A DNA stretch of 63,132 nucleotides, counting the filler, from Actinomycetota bacterium (GTDB taxonomy: Bacteria > Actinomycetota > CADDZG01 > JAHWKV01 > JAOPZY01), in the NCBI GenBank assembly GCA_025963875.1. It is 8 parts of 8 records of this genome, joined end to end, with 100 filler letters (N's around TTAATTAATTAA, not from the genome) between each part and the next. Parts side by side here need not be neighbours in the genome. Positions count along the whole stretch, not along the records: positions 51,893 to 60,122 come from JAOPZY010000269.1; positions 60,223 to 63,132 come from JAOPZY010000150.1; 6 more parts are not named here. The stretch is one strand, 5' to 3'. Positions 59,258 to 63,132 of this stretch are shown here, piece after piece. Numbering within the stretch: the stretch's first letter is position 1; the number at the start of each line of letters is the position of its first letter. The position numbers were made by a program, and so were the translations under genes. Under the pieces are notes generated by a model. It ran no database searches. It saw nothing but the letters and a program-made list of their open reading frames with translations, and had not been told where the DNA came from.

Positions 59258-59762
59258 CACGGCTTCTCCCGACAGCGATCCAGGCAAACGAAAGACGGTT
59301 GCGGCCCTCCTCAAGTCTCTGCTGAGGCTTGTCGCTGCAACAGCCAAGTCTAATTCCGGTCGCCCTAACTCTCTTCAGAGTCGCCGGACCCTTTCGGCTT
59401 AGCGTTGGGATTGGCTCCCGCGTGGTGCGGAATGTCGCTCTCAGATATAGACAAGGGGATGGTACCGACGGGTTCTCCCGGGCGATGGTGGTGAACATCC
59501 GCAGCGAAGGACTCGACCTTCGGGTAGTCAACTGCCGTTGCCCGACCGTTGTCCCGGTGCGATCCCGTGAGTTCCTGGGGCTTCAATAGCCATATGCCAC
59601 CTCCTGGGTTGCGGTGTCACCTCCATTTGGCTGTCTTTGGCAGGTTTGACAAGCCCTTACTTGGGATAGAAGGAGTGACGATGACGCCCGAGCGGCCCCG
59701 GCAGTAGCTCAGAGTGGCTCAGCCCGTTTGCCGCTGGTCGACTCCTACCAGCCGGATACCGA

Positions 59763-60122
59763 TCACGCGGCCCGGGCCCCGAGCCTTCGTCGCTCCAGGT
59801 CGATCAGCTCCTCTACCAGTTCGGGATCGAGCTGGAGGCCTGCCACGGAACCCAGTTCGCGGCAGGCCTCCTGTGGTGAACGGCCGATGCGATACGGGCG
59901 ATCAGAAGTGATCGCATCGTAGGCGTCCGCCACCGCAACAAGCCGGCAGACCATGGGCAACTTCCCGGCCCGGACCCCATTGGGATAGCCCCGGCCATCC
60001 ATGCGCTCATGGTGGTGCCGAATGGCGTCGAGGACCTGTGGGCCGAGGACGGGACCCAACCAGCGTGCTCCCGTCTCCGGGTGACTGCGCATGAGCCGCC
60101 TCTCCGAGAGGTTGAGCGGAGC
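59763..60122 (-). CDS. HD-GYP domain protein, C-terminal part
   Basis: HHERMDGRGYP, VADAYDAITSDRPY, QLDP. Confidence 0.92.
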   Translation of the reverse strand, partial: APLNLSERRLMRSHPETGARWLGPVLGPQVLDAIRHHHERMDGRGYPNGVRAGKLPMVCRLVAVADAYDAITSDRPYRIGRSPQEACRELGSVAGLQLDPELVEELIDLERRRLGARAA

Positions 60123-60222
60123 NNNNNNNNNNNNNNNNNNNNNNNNNNNNNNNNNNNNNNNNNNNNTTAATTAATTAANNNNNNNNNNNNNNNNNNNNNN
60201 NNNNNNNNNNNNNNNNNNNNNN

Positions 60223-60628
60223 AGGCGAACACCTCCCAGGAGAGGCGGTCAGGTCGGGAGATGAGCCCGCCAGCAATCACCCCGACCAGGGTGACGATAC
60301 CGGCCGCCAGCGAGATGCGCCGCTCGCTGCGTGTGGCCACCGTGTAGAGAGCGATGAGTGGCCCGAACGCGGCCATACCGGGGGTGTCCCTGGTCACGAT
60401 CAGCGTGAACGTGGCGACCCCGGTGATGCCCAGCACGAGCAACGGCGCGGAGCGCCTCCAGGCCAACGGCACGATCGCCAAGACCCCGAGCGGGAGGGCG
60501 ACGGCCAGCCCTAGGGAGCCTCGCTCCGACCTGACCAGAAGAGTCCCCAGGAAGAAGATGAGCAGGAGCGCGGCAACGGCGACGTCGAGCAGCTGACTCC
60601 GCCGGGGCGAGGAGTGGGGGATCTTCAT
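60223..60628 (-). CDS. Multi-TM N-terminus of a probable NarQ/LiaS-type sensor kinase, truncated; start approximate
   Basis: PLAWRRSAPLLV and ALYTVA TM pattern; divergent ABC exporter; catalytic domain not in view. Confidence 0.65.
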
Positions 60629-60673
60629 GGTGGCCACGCACATGACGGTAACGACAGGCGACCCTCGGCACAA

Positions 60674-60714
60674 CATCCCCGGGGGTGACCCGCACGCTCA
60701 TCTCTGAGGATGAG
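60674..60714. promoter_or_regulatory. Two imperfect palindromes, probable NarL/LuxR-type response regulator sites
   Basis: CATCCCCGGGGGTG and CTCATCTCTGAGGATGAG upstream of the ABC operon. Confidence 0.55.
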
Positions 60715-60863
60715 ACCGCTGGTCGGTCTCGTCCGGACGTCTCGGCTGCAAATCGTTGCCACGCCTGATGACCGCCGAAGGCGCGATCCCTAGCCTGATG
60801 AGGCAAGCAATACCGCCCCGGTGGCACTCGCCGGCGGCGCCCTCAAGACGGAGGTGATCGCAG

Positions 60864-61778
60864 ATGATTCAGGCAAGGAACCTCACGAAGCGGTACGGGT
60901 CGACGACCGCCGTCGACGACCTCTCTTTCGATGTACTGCCCGGACGGGTTACCGGATTCCTCGGTCCCAACGGAGCCGGCAAGTCGACCACCATGCGGAT
61001 GATCCTCGGGCTTGACGACCCCACTCGGGGGCAGGTCCTCGTTAACGGGACCCCGTACCGGCAACGGCGCCATCCCCTCCGGGAGGTCGGCGCCCACCTG
61101 GACGCCCGGGCATTCCTGGACGGTCGGAGCGCCTACGACCACCTGCTCGGGCTGGCGGCCAGCAACCACATCCCGCGCCAGCGGGTCGAGACGGTGCTGG
61201 ACCTGGTCGGCCTGTCCAACGTCGCCCGCAAGCGTGCGGGCGGCTTCTCCATGGGCATGGGCCAGCGGCTGGGCATTGCCGTCGCTCTCCTCGGCGACCC
61301 GGGCATCCTGATCCTGGACGAGCCGACCAACGGGCTCGACCCCGAAGGCATCCTGTGGATCCGCAACCTGCTCAAGGCCATGGCGGCCGAGGGCCGGACT
61401 GTGTTCGTCTCCAGTCACCTGATGAGCGAGATGGGCCTGACGGCCGACCACATCATCGTTATCGGCCGGGGCAAGCTGGTCGCCGACGCCAACCTCGACG
61501 ACTTCCTCCGCCACAGCGCAGGCAGCTACGTGCGGGTCAGCTCCCCCCAGGAGGATCGCCTGGCCGCTCTGCTCACCGAAAAGGGAGGCGCGGTGCGCCG
61601 GGCCGGCGATGGAGCCCTGGCCGTGAACGGCCTCGACCGCGACTTCATCGGAGACCTGGCGGCACAGCACGACCTGGCTCTGCACGAACTTACGATGCAC
61701 GAGCCCTCCCTGGAGGCGGCGTTCTTCGAGCTGACCGAAGGCGCCGTCGACTTCCATGCGACGGCCGCCTCCCACTGA
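60864..61778 (+). CDS. ABC transporter ATP-binding protein
   Basis: GPNGAGKST, FSMGMGQR, ILDEPTNGLD, SSH. Confidence 0.96.
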   Translation: MIQARNLTKRYGSTTAVDDLSFDVLPGRVTGFLGPNGAGKSTTMRMILGLDDPTRGQVLVNGTPYRQRRHPLREVGAHLDARAFLDGRSAYDHLLGLAASNHIPRQRVETVLDLVGLSNVARKRAGGFSMGMGQRLGIAVALLGDPGILILDEPTNGLDPEGILWIRNLLKAMAAEGRTVFVSSHLMSEMGLTADHIIVIGRGKLVADANLDDFLRHSAGSYVRVSSPQEDRLAALLTEKGGAVRRAGDGALAVNGLDRDFIGDLAAQHDLALHELTMHEPSLEAAFFELTEGAVDFHATAASH

Positions 61779-61846
61779 GCCCCAACTCTGCCAGCCCCGC
61801 AGTTGACCCGCATCCAGCCAAGCGTTCACCCAGAAAGGACCTCATC

Positions 61847-62692
61847 ATGGACACGCTCACCGAACCCGTTGCTGTTCCTATGACCGCCGCTGTCCCCGTG
61901 TACCCCGGGGGGCGGCTCTCCGACTTCGCCGGCACCCTCCGTATGGAGTGGATCAAGCTCCGTTCCGTCCGGTCCACCTACTGGTCGCTGCTCGCCCTGA
62001 TCGGTGGCATCGTTGCCATCGGCCTGCTGATCTCCTTCACCACGGTCAGCCGCTGGGGTCAGACCACCGCCATTGAGCGGGCGGTCTTCGACCCGACCTT
62101 CCGCAGCCTGACGGGCATCTTCCTCGGCCAGATGGCCATCGGTGTGCTCGGCGCCCTGGTCATCACCGCCGAATATTCGACCGGCATGATCCGCTCCACG
62201 TTCGCGGCGGTGCCCCAACGGGTCTCCGTCCTCGCAGCGAAGGCAATCACGTTCGCCGGGGTGGCCCTGGTGGTCGGAAGCGCTGCCTGCCTGGCCGCCT
62301 TCCTCGGTGGACAGGCGATCTTCGCCGGCAAAGGCATCGGCGTCTCCCTCGGAGCGGCCGGTGAGCTCCGGGCCGTCCTCGGTGGCGGTGTCTTCCTGGC
62401 TCTCCTGGGCCTGTTGGCGCTCGGGATCGGGGCCATCGTCCGCCACACCGCAGGTGCCATCGCAGCTTTCGTGGGAATCATCCTGGTGGCGCCCGCGCTG
62501 GTCAGCGCTCTGCCGAGGCCCTGGAGCGGCAACATCGCCAAATTCCTCCCGGCCAACGCCGGTCAGTCCCTCATCAGCGTGCATACCTCGGCGGGCCAGC
62601 TTTCACCCTGGGCCGCCCTGGCGGTGCTCGTGGGCTGGGTGGCCGTGTCTCTGGGAACGGCAGCGGTCCTGATCCGCCGCCGGGACGCCTGA
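61847..62692 (+). CDS. ABC-2 type permease
   Basis: EWIKLRSVRST, AEYSTGMIR, 6 TM segments, C-terminal RRRDA; AGAAAGGA RBS. Confidence 0.93.
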   Translation: MDTLTEPVAVPMTAAVPVYPGGRLSDFAGTLRMEWIKLRSVRSTYWSLLALIGGIVAIGLLISFTTVSRWGQTTAIERAVFDPTFRSLTGIFLGQMAIGVLGALVITAEYSTGMIRSTFAAVPQRVSVLAAKAITFAGVALVVGSAACLAAFLGGQAIFAGKGIGVSLGAAGELRAVLGGGVFLALLGLLALGIGAIVRHTAGAIAAFVGIILVAPALVSALPRPWSGNIAKFLPANAGQSLISVHTSAGQLSPWAALAVLVGWVAVSLGTAAVLIRRRDA

Positions 62693-62701
62693 CGACCGTC
62701 C

Positions 62702-62779
62702 CCCCCCGGGGGTGCCCTGCGTAGGCCGGCCGTGGCCACAGCCATTTCCGTCCCCCCTCACGCCAGGCACCCCGGGGGG
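62702..62779. terminator. GC-rich inverted repeat between convergent genes
   Basis: CCCCCCGGGGGTGCC ... GGCACCCCGGGGGG. Confidence 0.5.
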
Positions 62780-62925
62780 TGGGCGGAAAACTCGTCGCTA
62801 ATCGGGGAAAATCTCACCCACCGCGACGCGTTGTGGGCGCCAACATGCCCGTGATGAGCCCGCCGGCAGACGGCCCCGCAACGTTGCGCCCGTAGCGAGA
62901 CGAGCCTGTGGCCCGGTCGTGCCCG

Positions 62926-63132
62926 TTAGACGGCCGGCGCCGGCGCCGGTCCACGGCGACCGGGCAGCATGTTGATCGAAGCCGCCGTGGCCCGTATGGC
63001 CGAGTCGCTCAGGCCGCCCTGCGCAACGGGGTGGGGTGTGTACCCGGTCTCGAGCTCGGCTACCTCGTCGTCGGTCAGTTCGATGTCGAGCGACGCGATT
63101 GCGTCGTCCAGATGCGTGGCCTTGCGTGCGCC
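62926..63132 (-). CDS. Aldo/keto reductase, C-terminal fragment
   Basis: My translation: GARKATHLDDAIASLDIELTDDEVAELETGYTPHPV...stop (absent from the ORF track). Confidence 0.8.
   Translation of the reverse strand, partial: GARKATHLDDAIASLDIELTDDEVAELETGYTPHPVAQGGLSDSAIRATAASINMLPGRRGPAPAPAV

Noticed and set aside
59270..59400. c-di-GMP-I riboswitch (GGCAAAC...GAAA) near the HD-GYP gene
   Set aside because: No stem around the GAAA, no GACGCAAA element, and no downstream gene to regulate

Overview
This window is not one locus. It holds eight contigs (1-7131, 7232-16868, 16969-25929, 26030-33095, 33196-38556, 38657-51792, 51893-60122, 60223-63132) joined by artificial 100-nt N/TTAATTAATTAA linkers, so adjacency across gaps carries no biological meaning. 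High GC, a GT87 glycosyltransferase, glnII with a GlnR box, and pSAM2-like element genes suggest an Actinomycetota genome or MAG (inference). Recognisable genes include TerC, AI-2E and SulP transporters, two-component systems, ku, adk-ppk2, glnII, zwf, hppD-hmgA-FAH, a P450, aroH-tyrA, Hen1-Pnkp RNA repair, cydAB, form I coxL, folE and several pseudogenes (thiG, MidA-like methyltransferase, ferritin). Best candidates for undescribed biology: (1) a translationally coupled operon of an ECF-like sigma factor, a 307-aa unknown protein and a Rad50/SbcC-like zinc-hook ATPase, divergent from a Cys-rich mini-protein plus Ku; (2) a second atypical sigma/wHTH/membrane-protein island; (3) a dispersed family of 40-49-bp bulged palindromes, one at the breakpoint of the thiG remnant; (4) the end of an AICE-like element integrated at tRNA-Sec with a HEPN-like cargo gene. 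All family calls come from motif recognition by eye; no searches were run.
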